Part shown: in pieces, positions 19,549 to 29,522 of the stretch | Numbering within the stretch: the first letter of the stretch is position 1 | Layout of the letters: each line of letters opens with the position of its first letter | Assembly (NCBI GenBank): GCA_963705255.1 | Contig: OY970061.1 | Span: forward strand, 544,001-608,000 | From: an uncultured Methanoregulaceae archaeon | GTDB taxonomy: Archaea > Halobacteriota > Methanomicrobia > Methanomicrobiales > Methanospirillaceae | DNA: 64,000 bases | Direction of reading: 5' to 3' | Notes under the pieces: model-generated | The model's database searches: none | Seen by the model: only the letters and a program-made list of their open reading frames with translations | Told to the model about the DNA's origin: nothing | Program-made: the position numbers and the translations under genes

Positions 19549-20727
19549 TCAGTCCTCTTTCCCGGCATATGCGCGCATAACGCCCTGGTAGACGGCCGAT
19601 GCCTTCTCGAGCGATTCGATCGTAACCCGCTCGTTCGTCGCGTGGAGCGTGGAGATCTCGCCGGGCCCATATTCAATGACGCGGAACCCGGCACGCCGCA
19701 GGTGCCGGGCATCGCTTGCTGCCCACTGGAAGATGGGAAAGACCGGGCCGCCAAAGACCCGTTCCACTTCATTGCAGGTAATGGTAACAAGCGGGCTTCC
19801 GGGTTCTGTTACCGATGGCTCATGGGTCTCCAGCGATGAGATCTTCCCGTTCGGGGCATGGTCGGCAATCCCTGCAACGACCTCCGGGATCGAACATCCC
19901 CACGGGATCCTCATCTCGAGCTCAAGGCTGCAGTGCTGCGCGACCACGTTGGATTTTTCACCGCCGCTGATGGTCCCCGGGTTGAAGGTCAGTTTTTTCA
20001 GGATATCGCTCACACCCGCGATCCTGAACTCATCCCCGAGCACCTCCGATGACCGTGTGATGATCCCTTTGAGCTCGTCGCTGACCGGGTATTCCCGTTC
20101 GTGCAACACTTTCACATAGTCGAGAAGAGCGACGGCTTCCATGATTGCGCTCACGCCGACCGCGGGATAGAGCGACCCGTGGGCCGGCGTCCCCTGGAAT
20201 TGTATATCCATCCGGCAGAGCCCTTTCTGCCCGATACACGGGTAGCGGGCCGGTGCCGTTTCCGCGATCAGGCAGTCGCACGGGCTGATCCATCTCCTGG
20301 CAAGGAGGAGCTGTATGCCATGCTCCCCGCCGGTCTCCTCATCGCAGACAAAGACGAGCGCAGCGGGAACTTCGGCACCGGTATCTGCAATGGCTTTGCA
20401 TGCGGCAAGGATCGCTGCACAACCGCCTTTCATGTCCGTAGCGCCACGGCCCCAGACGACCCCGTCCTCTATTGTCCCGGAGAACGGAGCATGAGTCCAG
20501 CCCTCGTCCAATGCCGGCACGACGTCCACATGACCGCAGAACATAAGACGGTCGCCCGGTTTCCGGGACACGAGGTTGCACATGCCGCCCGTATCTTCCG
20601 ACACGTCTGACCGTATGCCAAGACCCTCAAGGAACACGCGGATATACTCGATGATCCCGTCTGTCCGCCCGGGTGGGTTCTCGCTCCTGATTGCGACGAG
20701 GTCCGAACAGATCCGGCTGACATGCAT
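19549..20727 (-). CDS. M20-family metallopeptidase/deacylase (ArgE/DapE-like)
   Basis: GHVDVVP, GRGATDMKGG, DEETGG, ASDARH, H..NE motifs. Confidence 0.9.
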   Translation of the reverse strand: MHVSRICSDLVAIRSENPPGRTDGIIEYIRVFLEGLGIRSDVSEDTGGMCNLVSRKPGDRLMFCGHVDVVPALDEGWTHAPFSGTIEDGVVWGRGATDMKGGCAAILAACKAIADTGAEVPAALVFVCDEETGGEHGIQLLLARRWISPCDCLIAETAPARYPCIGQKGLCRMDIQFQGTPAHGSLYPAVGVSAIMEAVALLDYVKVLHEREYPVSDELKGIITRSSEVLGDEFRIAGVSDILKKLTFNPGTISGGEKSNVVAQHCSLELEMRIPWGCSIPEVVAGIADHAPNGKISSLETHEPSVTEPGSPLVTITCNEVERVFGGPVFPIFQWAASDARHLRRAGFRVIEYGPGEISTLHATNERVTIESLEKASAVYQGVMRAYAGKED

Positions 20728-20746
20728 GACGGCGGCTCCGGTCTCC

Positions 20747-21253
20747 TTACCGCGAACAATAGGTCCTGAAAAGCGCGGCGAGCGAGGCGTCTTCGTACAG
20801 GCTTTTTAAGAACTCAGGCTCAAAAAATTCGTCGATGATAGCGTAAAAAAAGTCTGCAGGGATCGGGTTCCTGCTGTCCGGGTCGAGAACGATCCGGAAA
20901 CTCCGGTAGGACGCCGGGTCTTCGGTATCATAGATCATCTGCCAGAGCGATGGGAGCGACGTGAATTTCTCCGGGTGGTTTTCGCGGAGCCAGTTGACAA
21001 AGCCCGGGAACCTGGCCCGGTCGCCTTTCTTCTCTTCGTCAATCCTCCAGCGCAGGTACTCGCCGCCCATGATATTTTTTGGGGAGGCAAAGTTATAGGA
21101 ATAGATCCCTGCAGTATAATCGATATGGGCGAGGGCATCGATGAAATAGAAATAGAGGACCTTGTCGAACCCGGCCGTATCCTGGAGGATCAGGGACTTT
21201 TCATACAGGTAATCGAGGACCGTCAGATATTCGTTCTCATCCTTCATATCCAC
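20747..21253 (-). CDS. Hypothetical protein
   Basis: 168-aa ORF with host-like codon use, collinear with neighbours; no motif recognised. Confidence 0.7.
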   Translation of the reverse strand: MDMKDENEYLTVLDYLYEKSLILQDTAGFDKVLYFYFIDALAHIDYTAGIYSYNFASPKNIMGGEYLRWRIDEEKKGDRARFPGFVNWLRENHPEKFTSLPSLWQMIYDTEDPASYRSFRIVLDPDSRNPIPADFFYAIIDEFFEPEFLKSLYEDASLAALFRTYCSR

Positions 21254-21300
21254 AGGTTCGTTATGGCATTGTAAATATATTGTCGTTTCAGTGAATGACG

Positions 21301-21520
21301 GACGCTCTTGGGGGCACGCGAGCGTGCCCCCGCCGCTGTGGCATCCCCATGGAGCGATAGTGCCGTATTACCGGAAAGATTGAATGGGATTTCACCTTTA
21401 GTCTTGTAATGTTACGGGCAAGGCAAGCAGGGACAGAATTTATGGTCTGCTGATATTGTTTCCATCGCAATGAGCCCCGTCCCCCATCGGGGGACTGGCG
21501 GCGCAAGAGGGGGGCGACTA
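21301..21520. repeat. Mosaic palindromic repeat (copy 4)
   Basis: GACGCTCTTGGGGGC...CCCCGCCGCTG..GCATCCCC shared with copies 1-3; GCGATAGTGCCGTATTACC identical to 41598-41616. Confidence 0.8.
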
Positions 21521-21576
21521 CACAAATATAATTTTTTGGAGCCGCTTTTTCTAAAACTATTTTGCACGAACAGCCT

Positions 21577-22455
21577 TCACCGGTAAAACGGCACCCGGTC
21601 TGCCACGGCCTTCCGGAACAGCGCTTCAAGTTCCGCGCCATGTTTTCCCCGGATATCGATGTGGTTGTCCGTACGCATGAGGCAGGGCTTGAGTTTTCCA
21701 TCGGAAGTAACCCTGAGTCTGGTGCAGTATGCGCAGAACTCGGTATTGTGGACCGGGCGCACGACCTCGACCTCGGCCCCGTCAAGACAGTATTTTTTCC
21801 GGTGGTGCATACGGCGGGTCACAATCTGTTTTGATCGCGATGCGAGGGAGCGTTCAACGCCGTTCAGGTCCCCATGGTGATCGCACTCGTTGAAGTTCAT
21901 CAGTTCGATCAGCTGGAGGATAAGGTTCCGGTTGCCGCGGACGAAGGCGAGGAAATCATCGACCTCCTGGTCGTTGATGCCTTCGAGCAGGACCATGTTG
22001 ATCTTCACGGGGGTCAGTCCCGCCTTGAGGGCAGCAGTTATCCCGTTGAAGACATCGGACAGCCGGTCAATACCGGTGATCTTCTTGTAGGTGTCCGGGT
22101 TCAGGCTGTCAAGACTGACGTTCACCCGCCTGAGGCCCGCATCTTTGAGGTCCTGTGCCAGACCCGAAAGGAGCGTGCCGTTCGTGGTCAGGGAAGATTC
22201 CATGCCCGGTGGCACGGACCGGATTATCTCCAGGAGATCGGGGCGGAGGAGTGGTTCGCCGCCGGTGAACTTGACGCTGCGGATCGCGAATTTTGCGGCG
22301 ACCCGCAGGATCTCGGCAATTTCCGGAGCAGACAACTGGTCTTTTGATCCTTTTTCACCCTCGCGGTGACAGTAGATGCAGGAGAGGTTGCACTGCTTGG
22401 TGAGGCTGATCCGGATATTGGTCACCGGGCGGTCGTAGGAATCCTTGAGAACCAT
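21577..22455 (-). CDS. moaA: GTP 3',8-cyclase MoaA
   Basis: CNLSCIYCH radical SAM motif; FCAYCTRLRVTSDGKLKPCL. Confidence 0.95.
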   Translation of the reverse strand: MVLKDSYDRPVTNIRISLTKQCNLSCIYCHREGEKGSKDQLSAPEIAEILRVAAKFAIRSVKFTGGEPLLRPDLLEIIRSVPPGMESSLTTNGTLLSGLAQDLKDAGLRRVNVSLDSLNPDTYKKITGIDRLSDVFNGITAALKAGLTPVKINMVLLEGINDQEVDDFLAFVRGNRNLILQLIELMNFNECDHHGDLNGVERSLASRSKQIVTRRMHHRKKYCLDGAEVEVVRPVHNTEFCAYCTRLRVTSDGKLKPCLMRTDNHIDIRGKHGAELEALFRKAVADRVPFYR

Positions 22456-22465
22456 TTTGTACTGT

Positions 22466-23047
22466 TCATCCTGTGAAATTTTTTGCGACTATGTAAAGTT
22501 CAGTGCTTCCTTTCCGGGTCGATCGGGTAATGCAGGTCTTGACAGAATAAAAGTGTTCCTTGGTCATGGCATAGAGCTCGGGAAAGTCCGTTCCCTGGAA
22601 AGACTTGACGACAAAATTTCCTCCCTGTTTCAGGACCCTGCAGGCGAAGTTGAGGGCCTGTTCGTCGAGTTCGATGATCCGTGCCTGGTCGTAACTTTTA
22701 TGCCCGGAGAGCCTGGGTGCCGCATCGCAGAGGACGACATTGACCACCCCGAGCAGGGACCGCACTTTTTCCAGCACCTCGGGGTCATTCAGGTCGCCCT
22801 CGATCGTCTCGACCCCTTCAAGGGCGGCAATCGGGTTGAGATCGATGCCCACGACCCGGGCCTGCGTCAGCGTACGCTCTACCTGGAGCCAGCTCCCCGG
22901 GGCAGCCCCGAGGTCGACGATATTGTCATCCGCCCGGATCACGGAAAATTTCTGCTGGATCTCCGTCAGCTTGTATGCGGCCCGGGAGCGGTACCCCTCG
23001 TGTTTCGCCCGCAGGTAGGTCTTGTCATAACCCCATTGTGAACCCAT
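22466..23047 (-). CDS. rlmE: 23S rRNA U2552 2'-O-methyltransferase RlmE/RrmJ
   Basis: YRSRAAYKL, DLGAAPGSWLQ, D-AAP, K-F-G motifs; start ATG 23047. Confidence 0.93.
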   Translation of the reverse strand: MGSQWGYDKTYLRAKHEGYRSRAAYKLTEIQQKFSVIRADDNIVDLGAAPGSWLQVERTLTQARVVGIDLNPIAALEGVETIEGDLNDPEVLEKVRSLLGVVNVVLCDAAPRLSGHKSYDQARIIELDEQALNFACRVLKQGGNFVVKSFQGTDFPELYAMTKEHFYSVKTCITRSTRKGSTELYIVAKNFTG

Positions 23048-23145
23048 TATCCGGATCGTTCCCCTCAAATTCCGGGTAAAACCCAAAACGCTATAATTAA
23101 AGTATGACGATATACTGTATAAGAGATTGTGTTAAGGGGTAAGCG

Positions 23146-23889
23146 ATGTTAAAAGCAACGATCGACACAGACATATTCAGGGAAGCTATCGAAGCGATCT
23201 CGGCTCTCATCCCTGAGTGCCGGCTGCATACGGATGAGGCCGGCATCTCCACGCGGGCGGTCGATACCGCCAATGTGGCGATGATCGGACTGACTCTCAA
23301 GAAGGAAGCATTCGATTCGTACAAGGCAACGAAGAGCCAGCTCGGTATTGACCTGATGAAGATGAAGAACATCTTCGGCATGTCCGGAAAGGGCGACCTC
23401 ATCAGCATCGAGATGGCTGACAATGCCCAGAAGATGTCGGTCTCGGTGCACGGCTACCACTATTCGATCACGCTCCTCGACACCAATACCATCCGGAAAG
23501 ACCCGAACCCTCCCACCATCAACCTGCCGGGCAAGATCGTGATCAAAGGCGAAGACCTGAACAATGCGATGAAGGCCGCGGCAGTGATCTCCGACAAGAT
23601 CGCGCTCGGGATCAACCCGAAGGACCAGACCTTCTACCTTGTGGCCGAAGGGGATACCGACCACATCCGGCGGGAATTCTCCAAGGACGAGCTCGTATCG
23701 CTCACCCCGGTTGAAGCCCGTTCGCTCTTCTCCCTCGATTACCTGAAAGACATGGGGAAGGTCATGAGCAAGGCGGCGGAAGTCGAGATTTACCTGGGCG
23801 TCGACCACCCGGTCAGGTTCTCGTTCGATATTGCGGGTGGCAACGGGCATGTCGAGTACCTCCTCGCACCCCGGATAGAGGCTGACTGA
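23146..23889 (+). CDS. pcn: DNA polymerase sliding clamp (PCNA)
   Basis: RAVDTANVAM, SLFSLDYL, YLLAPRIE. Confidence 0.96.
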   Translation: MLKATIDTDIFREAIEAISALIPECRLHTDEAGISTRAVDTANVAMIGLTLKKEAFDSYKATKSQLGIDLMKMKNIFGMSGKGDLISIEMADNAQKMSVSVHGYHYSITLLDTNTIRKDPNPPTINLPGKIVIKGEDLNNAMKAAAVISDKIALGINPKDQTFYLVAEGDTDHIRREFSKDELVSLTPVEARSLFSLDYLKDMGKVMSKAAEVEIYLGVDHPVRFSFDIAGGNGHVEYLLAPRIEAD

Positions 23890-25010
23890 TGGACTACAGC
23901 CCATCGGCAAAGGAACTTTCCCATTTCCCCTTTTTAAAAAAAGCCCAGGACCATGTCAAGAACTCTTTCCCTCCGATCGATGTGCTGTTGGCCGGAAAGA
24001 AAGGGGCGTTCCTGACCGACCTTGCCGTGAAGCGAATCAATCAGGCCCTCTCCTCAAAAAAGACCATCGTTGCGCATTTCCAGAACCATGACGATGACGA
24101 GATTGCAGGGTATGTTCTTTCCCGGATCCTTGTCTCCTGCATCAACGACAAACAGCTGTTCGACCGCCTCACCCGGTACGAAGCTGAGCGTGCCTACTAT
24201 TTTCTCAATTCCGAGACCGGATCTGAGAGCGAGAGGGGCTGGAACGAGAACACGGTTCTCGATGAAGACAATAACAGCCGGATACTCGCTTACCTGGCAC
24301 GGGAGTTCCGGATCGACATAACAAAGGACCGGATGCCCCTTGCAGATTATGTTGAGATAGTATCCCCGCTCCACGAGGCCCGGTTCAAACTGGTAAACCG
24401 CCGGGTGGAGAACGGGCAGGTGGAGATCCGGAAGGAGGAACTGCTCGAACTGCTCCGCGAAAGGATCCGTGTCATCCTCCGGCGGGATCTTCCCTATAAA
24501 GTCCCGAAGAAGATCTGTGAACAGCTCGGGCCGGTCGCGGAACACATAAAGAAAAAGTACCAGGAGCAGATGCTCCGCCAGTTCGGCACGATTGAGGAGA
24601 GCGCGTTCCCCCCCTGCATGCAGGCCCTCATGGCAGCCCTCACGTCCGGGACAAACCTGACCCATGCCGGCAGGTTCTCCCTGACGACCTTCCTGCATAC
24701 GATCGGCATGGATGTCAGCGGCATCGCCCGGCTCTACGCCCGCTCACCGGACTTCGACCTGGAGAAGACCATGTACCAGGTGGAACACATTACCGGGCGG
24801 GGCGGTTCCGGCACCGAATATACCGCGCCCGCCTGCGCCGCGATGCGTACCACCGGGCTCTGTGTCCACCGGGACCCCCTCTGCGAACGGGTTGCCCACC
24901 CCCTGAGTTATTACACGGTGAAGAAGAAGGATCAGAAAGTGAAAGGGAAGAAGGGCGACGAGAAGAAGGAAGAAAAGCAGGAAGAGAAAACGCCGACATC
25001 GTCCACGTGA
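23889..25010 (+). CDS. priL: DNA primase large subunit
   Basis: FPPCM...LTHAGRF...YQVEHI...YTAPACAAMRT.GLC Fe-S domain; follows PCNA. Confidence 0.93.
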   Translation: MDYSPSAKELSHFPFLKKAQDHVKNSFPPIDVLLAGKKGAFLTDLAVKRINQALSSKKTIVAHFQNHDDDEIAGYVLSRILVSCINDKQLFDRLTRYEAERAYYFLNSETGSESERGWNENTVLDEDNNSRILAYLAREFRIDITKDRMPLADYVEIVSPLHEARFKLVNRRVENGQVEIRKEELLELLRERIRVILRRDLPYKVPKKICEQLGPVAEHIKKKYQEQMLRQFGTIEESAFPPCMQALMAALTSGTNLTHAGRFSLTTFLHTIGMDVSGIARLYARSPDFDLEKTMYQVEHITGRGGSGTEYTAPACAAMRTTGLCVHRDPLCERVAHPLSYYTVKKKDQKVKGKKGDEKKEEKQEEKTPTSST

Positions 25011-25078
25011 TCCTTCTTCAGGTCAGGAGATTTCAATTATTCTGCTGCAATCCCGAAAAAACATTTGGATATGGTTTA

Positions 25079-25229
25079 TGGGGGTTGAGACCCCCATTCC
25101 CCCTTCGCGATGAACGCCGCCGCCCCCGGCGGGGCGCCCCCGCGGCGGGTTGATTGCCTGTTTTCTAAAATATGATCGGTAATTTGCCCCGCCGTGCCCC
25201 GTAAGGGGCCCTGAGGCGGGAGTCCTCAC
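25079..25229. repeat. Left arm - 36 bp spacer - right arm repeat (copy 5)
   Basis: Left arm 25107-25148 and right arm 25185-25227 match 8330-8371/9105-9148 and the inverted copy at 52779-52920. Confidence 0.88.
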
Positions 25230-25325
25230 ATAGTTTCAGATTTAAGATAGTAGTCGCTACCGTTTCGGATAATTCAAAAATAGACGGGTGGAACTTATCC
25301 CCCCCGGAAAAATTATGAAGTCGTA

Positions 25326-25532
25326 TCAGGTAATCTTCTCGTTGACCAGGTATCCTGCGCCGGAGAGGAAGACGATGAAGATGACGATTGCCGCAAGGTA
25401 GGCAAAACTTGCGACCTGTTCAAGGGGTAGCGCCAGGACAAGGGCGAATGCCATGGGCAGAACGGCAAGCAGTACGATCAGCAGGATAAAAGCGATCACG
25501 CCGATGATCACGTCAAGAAGTCGCGCGTCCAT
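25326..25532 (-). CDS. Small two-TM membrane protein
   Basis: 68 aa, two hydrophobic segments. Confidence 0.7.
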   Translation of the reverse strand: MDARLLDVIIGVIAFILLIVLLAVLPMAFALVLALPLEQVASFAYLAAIVIFIVFLSGAGYLVNEKIT

Positions 25533-25629
25533 TCATAGCATTTTCGACACGGGAGAATATAGGTTTATCCAATATGCAGAGGACGACCTCCCGTTAACCT
25601 CATGACCCCCGGCTCCAAACCATCTGCTT

Positions 25630-26181
25630 ATGGAACGAACCGGAGCTGTTGCACTTCTCGCACGGTATGTCCATGATAAAAATCTCACCCGGCACTGCCT
25701 TGCCACCGGTGCCGTGATGAAGAAAGCCGCGGAATTCCTGTCGGAAGACGCTGTGACATGGGAAACGATCGGGATCCTCCACGATATCGACTTTGAGCTC
25801 GTCGGCGGCGACATGGGCCGCCACGGTACTGAAGGAGCCGGGATCCTGGTCCGTGAGGGTATCGACAGAGAACTGGCGGAAATCATACAACGCCACAACC
25901 ACTTCATCTATCGCGGGACGTACGAACGCCCCGTCGAGATCGTGCTGCAGGCAGCGGACAGCGTCTCCGGGCTGGTGTTTGCGTGCGCTCTCGTAAAAGG
26001 CGGGAAGATCTCCGACGTCACCCCGAAGACCGTAGGAAAAAAGATGAAAGATAAAGGGTTTGCGGCCGGGTGCGACCGGGACCGGATCGGGCTCATCCGG
26101 GCAGTGATGGATCCCGTAGTCTTCTACGAGCTGGCAATACAGGGGCTCAGGGAGATCCGTTCAGAACTTGACCTTACGTAA
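25630..26181 (+). CDS. HD-domain (HDIG-type) phosphohydrolase
   Basis: RHCLA...GILHDIDFE...H...HN...AADSVSGL. Confidence 0.85.
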   Translation: MERTGAVALLARYVHDKNLTRHCLATGAVMKKAAEFLSEDAVTWETIGILHDIDFELVGGDMGRHGTEGAGILVREGIDRELAEIIQRHNHFIYRGTYERPVEIVLQAADSVSGLVFACALVKGGKISDVTPKTVGKKMKDKGFAAGCDRDRIGLIRAVMDPVVFYELAIQGLREIRSELDLT

Positions 26182-26228
26182 AACCAACCGGGAGGTTTAA
26201 TTGCCCACCCGGTAACCTCTGGAATGGT

Positions 26229-26774
26229 ATGAACAACCCGGCACAGGAACGAAACGACGTCATGGACCGGCTGGCACAAGCAGTTGCCCTGCTTGAAGGG
26301 TCACTGGACCGCCGCCTCATCCCTGAACACGGTCTCCCGCTCGGGTACGCCATCAGGGGTGCGCGGGACAGCCACGGTGTTGCGGCCGTGCAGGGGGGGA
26401 TCGTGGCCGGAGAGACAAAACCCCGTGCCGCAGGCCCCTGCGGGTTCGGCATGGATGACGGGATCGCGGGAATTATCCTGACTGCAATGAAGTTCGACCC
26501 GCTGATGCGGAGTGCAGCGTCGGTCCAGTTCACCGGGCGGGCGCGTGCGGTGCTGGAGGATGACCTGTTCCTCGAATGCGTTACCGGTGATCCCAGACAG
26601 GTATCTGAGGGAATCAGCACGATGGACTGGGGTGTCGCCTCCTGCTGCAGGGATGGCGTACCGGACGTGATATTCAGGCCGGGTGCGGGGGGAAACGTAT
26701 CCCGAATCCTTCTTTTCGGCGAGGATCCGGTCGGCGTTGCAAACAATATCATTATCTGCTCAAACCGCATTTAA
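26229..26774 (+). CDS. ThiN-like (thiamine-phosphate synthase family) domain protein
   Basis: LIPE.G....YA...ARD...VAAV.G, ILTAMKFDP.MRSA, PDVIF..G pattern. Confidence 0.7.
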   Translation: MNNPAQERNDVMDRLAQAVALLEGSLDRRLIPEHGLPLGYAIRGARDSHGVAAVQGGIVAGETKPRAAGPCGFGMDDGIAGIILTAMKFDPLMRSAASVQFTGRARAVLEDDLFLECVTGDPRQVSEGISTMDWGVASCCRDGVPDVIFRPGAGGNVSRILLFGEDPVGVANNIIICSNRI

Positions 26775-26800
26775 AATATAGAATTCTTGAGGAATTGTAC

Positions 26801-26992
26801 ATGGGAATCAAGCCGTCATATATCAAAACGCTCGGTAACGAACTTGTGGCGAAACAGCGCGACAAATTCTCGAATAACTTCGAAGAGAACAAGCAGCAGC
26901 TCGGTACTTCCGCAGTCATCGGGAGCAAGCGTGTCCGGAACCGCGTCGCCGGATACATTACAAGAAAAATAAATACCAAAAGACGCTCATAA
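26801..26992 (+). CDS. rps17e: 30S ribosomal protein S17e
   Basis: MGIKPSYIK...FEENK...SKRVRNRVAGYITR. Confidence 0.96.
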   Translation: MGIKPSYIKTLGNELVAKQRDKFSNNFEENKQQLGTSAVIGSKRVRNRVAGYITRKINTKRRS

Positions 26993-27000
26993 CCCTATTC

Positions 27001-27966
27001 ATGTTTGAAGGCGTCCTTCCGGCAATCATTACCCCTTTTAAAAGAAACCCTTCCATGAGCCTTGACATCCAGGGCCTTGACCGCAACATTGGGTTTCTCC
27101 TCTCCCGTGGCATCCACGGGATTGTTCCCTGCGGATCGACTGGTGAATCTGCGACTCTTACCTTTGAAGAGCACGAAAAGGTCATTGAGCTCACGGTCGG
27201 GAAGGTCAACGGAAAGATCCCGGTGCTCGCCGGTACCGGTTCCAACAACACTGCCGAGGCAGTGCGACTGACGAAGGCCGCGAAGGACATCGGTGCGGAC
27301 GGGGTGCTCGTCATCAGTCCGTACTACAACAAGCCGAACCGGGCAGGTCTCATCAAGCACTACACGAAACTTGCGGACCTTGACATCCCGGTGGTCGTGT
27401 ACAACGTTCCGGGGAGGACCGGCCAGAACCTTGAGCCGGATCTCATCGCAGAACTGGCGCAGCACCCCAACATCGTCGGTGTCAAGGAAGCGAGCGGCAA
27501 TATCGGGCAGATCTCGCGGATCCTCGAAGAGACGCAGGATGAGGATTTTGCGGTCATATCCGGTGACGACAATATCACGCTGCCGATAATTGCGCTCGGC
27601 GGATCCGGTGTCATCTCGGTTGCGGCCAACGTCGATCCTGCACGGATGGTCGCGATGTACGAGGCCATGAAATGCGGCGACTACCAGAAGGCGCTGGTGC
27701 TCCACTATGCCCTCTCCCCCCTGTTCCGCTCCATGTTCATCGATACCAACCCGATCCCGGTGAAGAAGGCGGTGGAACTGATCGGCCTAGCAGGCGGCCC
27801 GGTGCGTCTCCCGCTCGACGAACTTGATGAGAAAAAGACCGAGCAGCTGAAGAAGGTTCTCGCCACCGTCCCTGCAAAGGCGGCGGCAAAGGCAAAGCCG
27901 GCTGCGAAGAGACCGGTGAAGAGAGCAGCGCCAAAAGCAAAACCCGCCCAGAAACGCACCCGGTGA
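27001..27966 (+). CDS. dapA: 4-hydroxy-tetrahydrodipicolinate synthase with Lys/Ala/Pro-rich C-terminal tail
   Basis: GSTGES, YNVPGRTG, GVKEASG, TNPIPVK. Confidence 0.96.
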   Translation: MFEGVLPAIITPFKRNPSMSLDIQGLDRNIGFLLSRGIHGIVPCGSTGESATLTFEEHEKVIELTVGKVNGKIPVLAGTGSNNTAEAVRLTKAAKDIGADGVLVISPYYNKPNRAGLIKHYTKLADLDIPVVVYNVPGRTGQNLEPDLIAELAQHPNIVGVKEASGNIGQISRILEETQDEDFAVISGDDNITLPIIALGGSGVISVAANVDPARMVAMYEAMKCGDYQKALVLHYALSPLFRSMFIDTNPIPVKKAVELIGLAGGPVRLPLDELDEKKTEQLKKVLATVPAKAAAKAKPAAKRPVKRAAPKAKPAQKRTR

Positions 27967-27973
27967 GCGGCTT

Positions 27974-28738
27974 ATGGCAAGAGTCGTCGTGTGCGGCGCC
28001 TTCGGGCGCATGGGCCAGACCATCGGCCGGATGGTCAACGAGTCGAAGGACCTCGAGCTCGTCGGGGGTATCAACCTGAAGCCCGGATCGTTCTTCGGGG
28101 TGGAGATCGTTGAGGCGAAGGACGCCGAGGCGCTCCTGAAGAGGACGAAGGCCGAGGTGCTGATCGACTTCACGGTCGCCAGCGCCGCTGTCGGGAACGT
28201 GAAGATGGCGGCCCGCAACAACTGTGCCCTCATTGTCGGCACCACCGGTATCACCGCGGAGCAGCGGGCCGAGATGGAGAAGGCAATCCAAGGTCATGTC
28301 CCGGCGGTCATCTCCAGCAACTTCTCGATTGGCGTCAATATCTTCTTGAAGCTGGTACGGGAATCGGCAAAGCTCCTCAGGGACTATGACATCGAGGTGA
28401 TCGAAGCCCACCACCGGAACAAGAAGGACGCCCCGAGCGGCACGGCAAAGACGATCCTGCAGATCCTCGACGAGGAAGCCGGCCAGCGCAAAAAGATGTA
28501 CGGCCGGGAAGGGATGACCGAACGGCAGAACGAGATCGGCGTCCACGTGATCCGCGGTGGGGATATTGTCGGGGACCACAAGGTCATGTTCTCGAAGAAC
28601 TTCGAGACTATCGAACTTTCGCACCGGGCCTATGACCGGTCGGTCTTTGCCAGCGGTGCCCTTACCGCGGCACGCTGGGTTGTCGGGAAGAGACCCGGTA
28701 TCTATGGCATGAGCGATGTGCTCGGGTTGAGGAAATAA
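27974..28738 (+). CDS. dapB: 4-hydroxy-tetrahydrodipicolinate reductase
   Basis: GAFGRMG, EAHHRNKKDAPSGTA. Confidence 0.96.
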   Translation: MARVVVCGAFGRMGQTIGRMVNESKDLELVGGINLKPGSFFGVEIVEAKDAEALLKRTKAEVLIDFTVASAAVGNVKMAARNNCALIVGTTGITAEQRAEMEKAIQGHVPAVISSNFSIGVNIFLKLVRESAKLLRDYDIEVIEAHHRNKKDAPSGTAKTILQILDEEAGQRKKMYGREGMTERQNEIGVHVIRGGDIVGDHKVMFSKNFETIELSHRAYDRSVFASGALTAARWVVGKRPGIYGMSDVLGLRK

Positions 28739-28838
28739 TCGCCCCTTTTTAAAAATGCCGATTGAATAATTTGCATAAATTCCGGTTTTGTTGAAACCTT
28801 TTTCTGATCATTTGCTTATACTATTCTGCTGCGGTTAG

Positions 28839-29120
28839 GAGTGTGACCCCCTCTCTCAAATCGAAGAACACTCCGGGTTCGATCGAAGACCTGCGGTCTT
28901 CTCCTGTCTCAAGTCTGATGACTTTCGACATTCTCCAGCCTACTCTTCCCTTCGGGAACAGCAGTCTCCCCAGAGGGGGAGGCAACGCAAGGGGAGCGTC
29001 CCCTTGACCCCCCTTTTTTCGGCAGGATTTTCACTAACCTTCTGAGGGACTATCTCTATATGGGGGCTGCCCAAGCGGCGGGGGCGGAAGCATGAAGTGC
29101 TGGAGCCCCCAAGAGCGACT
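28839..29120. repeat. Mosaic palindromic repeat (copy 6)
   Basis: Same backbone as 19200-19410 with a ~111-bp hairpin insert 28858-28968; 44 bp (28897-28940) identical to 62401-62444. Confidence 0.88.
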
Positions 29121-29343
29121 TCTAGTTTCCTTGAGGATTTCAGCATTTTTGCCTGAACTCCATTTCCGGTTATTCTGTATCGCGATCGTTCCGCGGTTAA
29201 GTCAGATTACCTACCATGTTATTTCGCTTTTTGATTCTCGTAATCTCTGCTTACGCTGCCGAAAAACACAGTTCGGTTTTGTATATGCCATATCGAAACC
29301 TATTTTTTGTCTTTTGAGAAACATATACGATGGAGTGAATGAG

Positions 29344-29517
29344 TTGGTAGCGGTCGTTGACAACGATAAGTGTACCGGATGTGAAACCTGCGTGAGCGAA
29401 TGTCCCGCATCGGCAATCGCCCTCGATAATGACAAGGCAAAAGTTGACAAGGAGATGTGCGTTGACTGCCAGACCTGTGTCGATATCTGCCCCTCTGAAG
29501 CCATAACCGTGGAGTGA
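29344..29517 (+). CDS. 2x[4Fe-4S] ferredoxin (copy 1)
   Basis: CTGCETCVSECP and CVDCQTCVDICP; TTG start after SD-like GGAGTGA (GTG 29335 is an alternative). Confidence 0.9.
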   Translation: MVAVVDNDKCTGCETCVSECPASAIALDNDKAKVDKEMCVDCQTCVDICPSEAITVE

Positions 29518-29522
29518 ATGAA

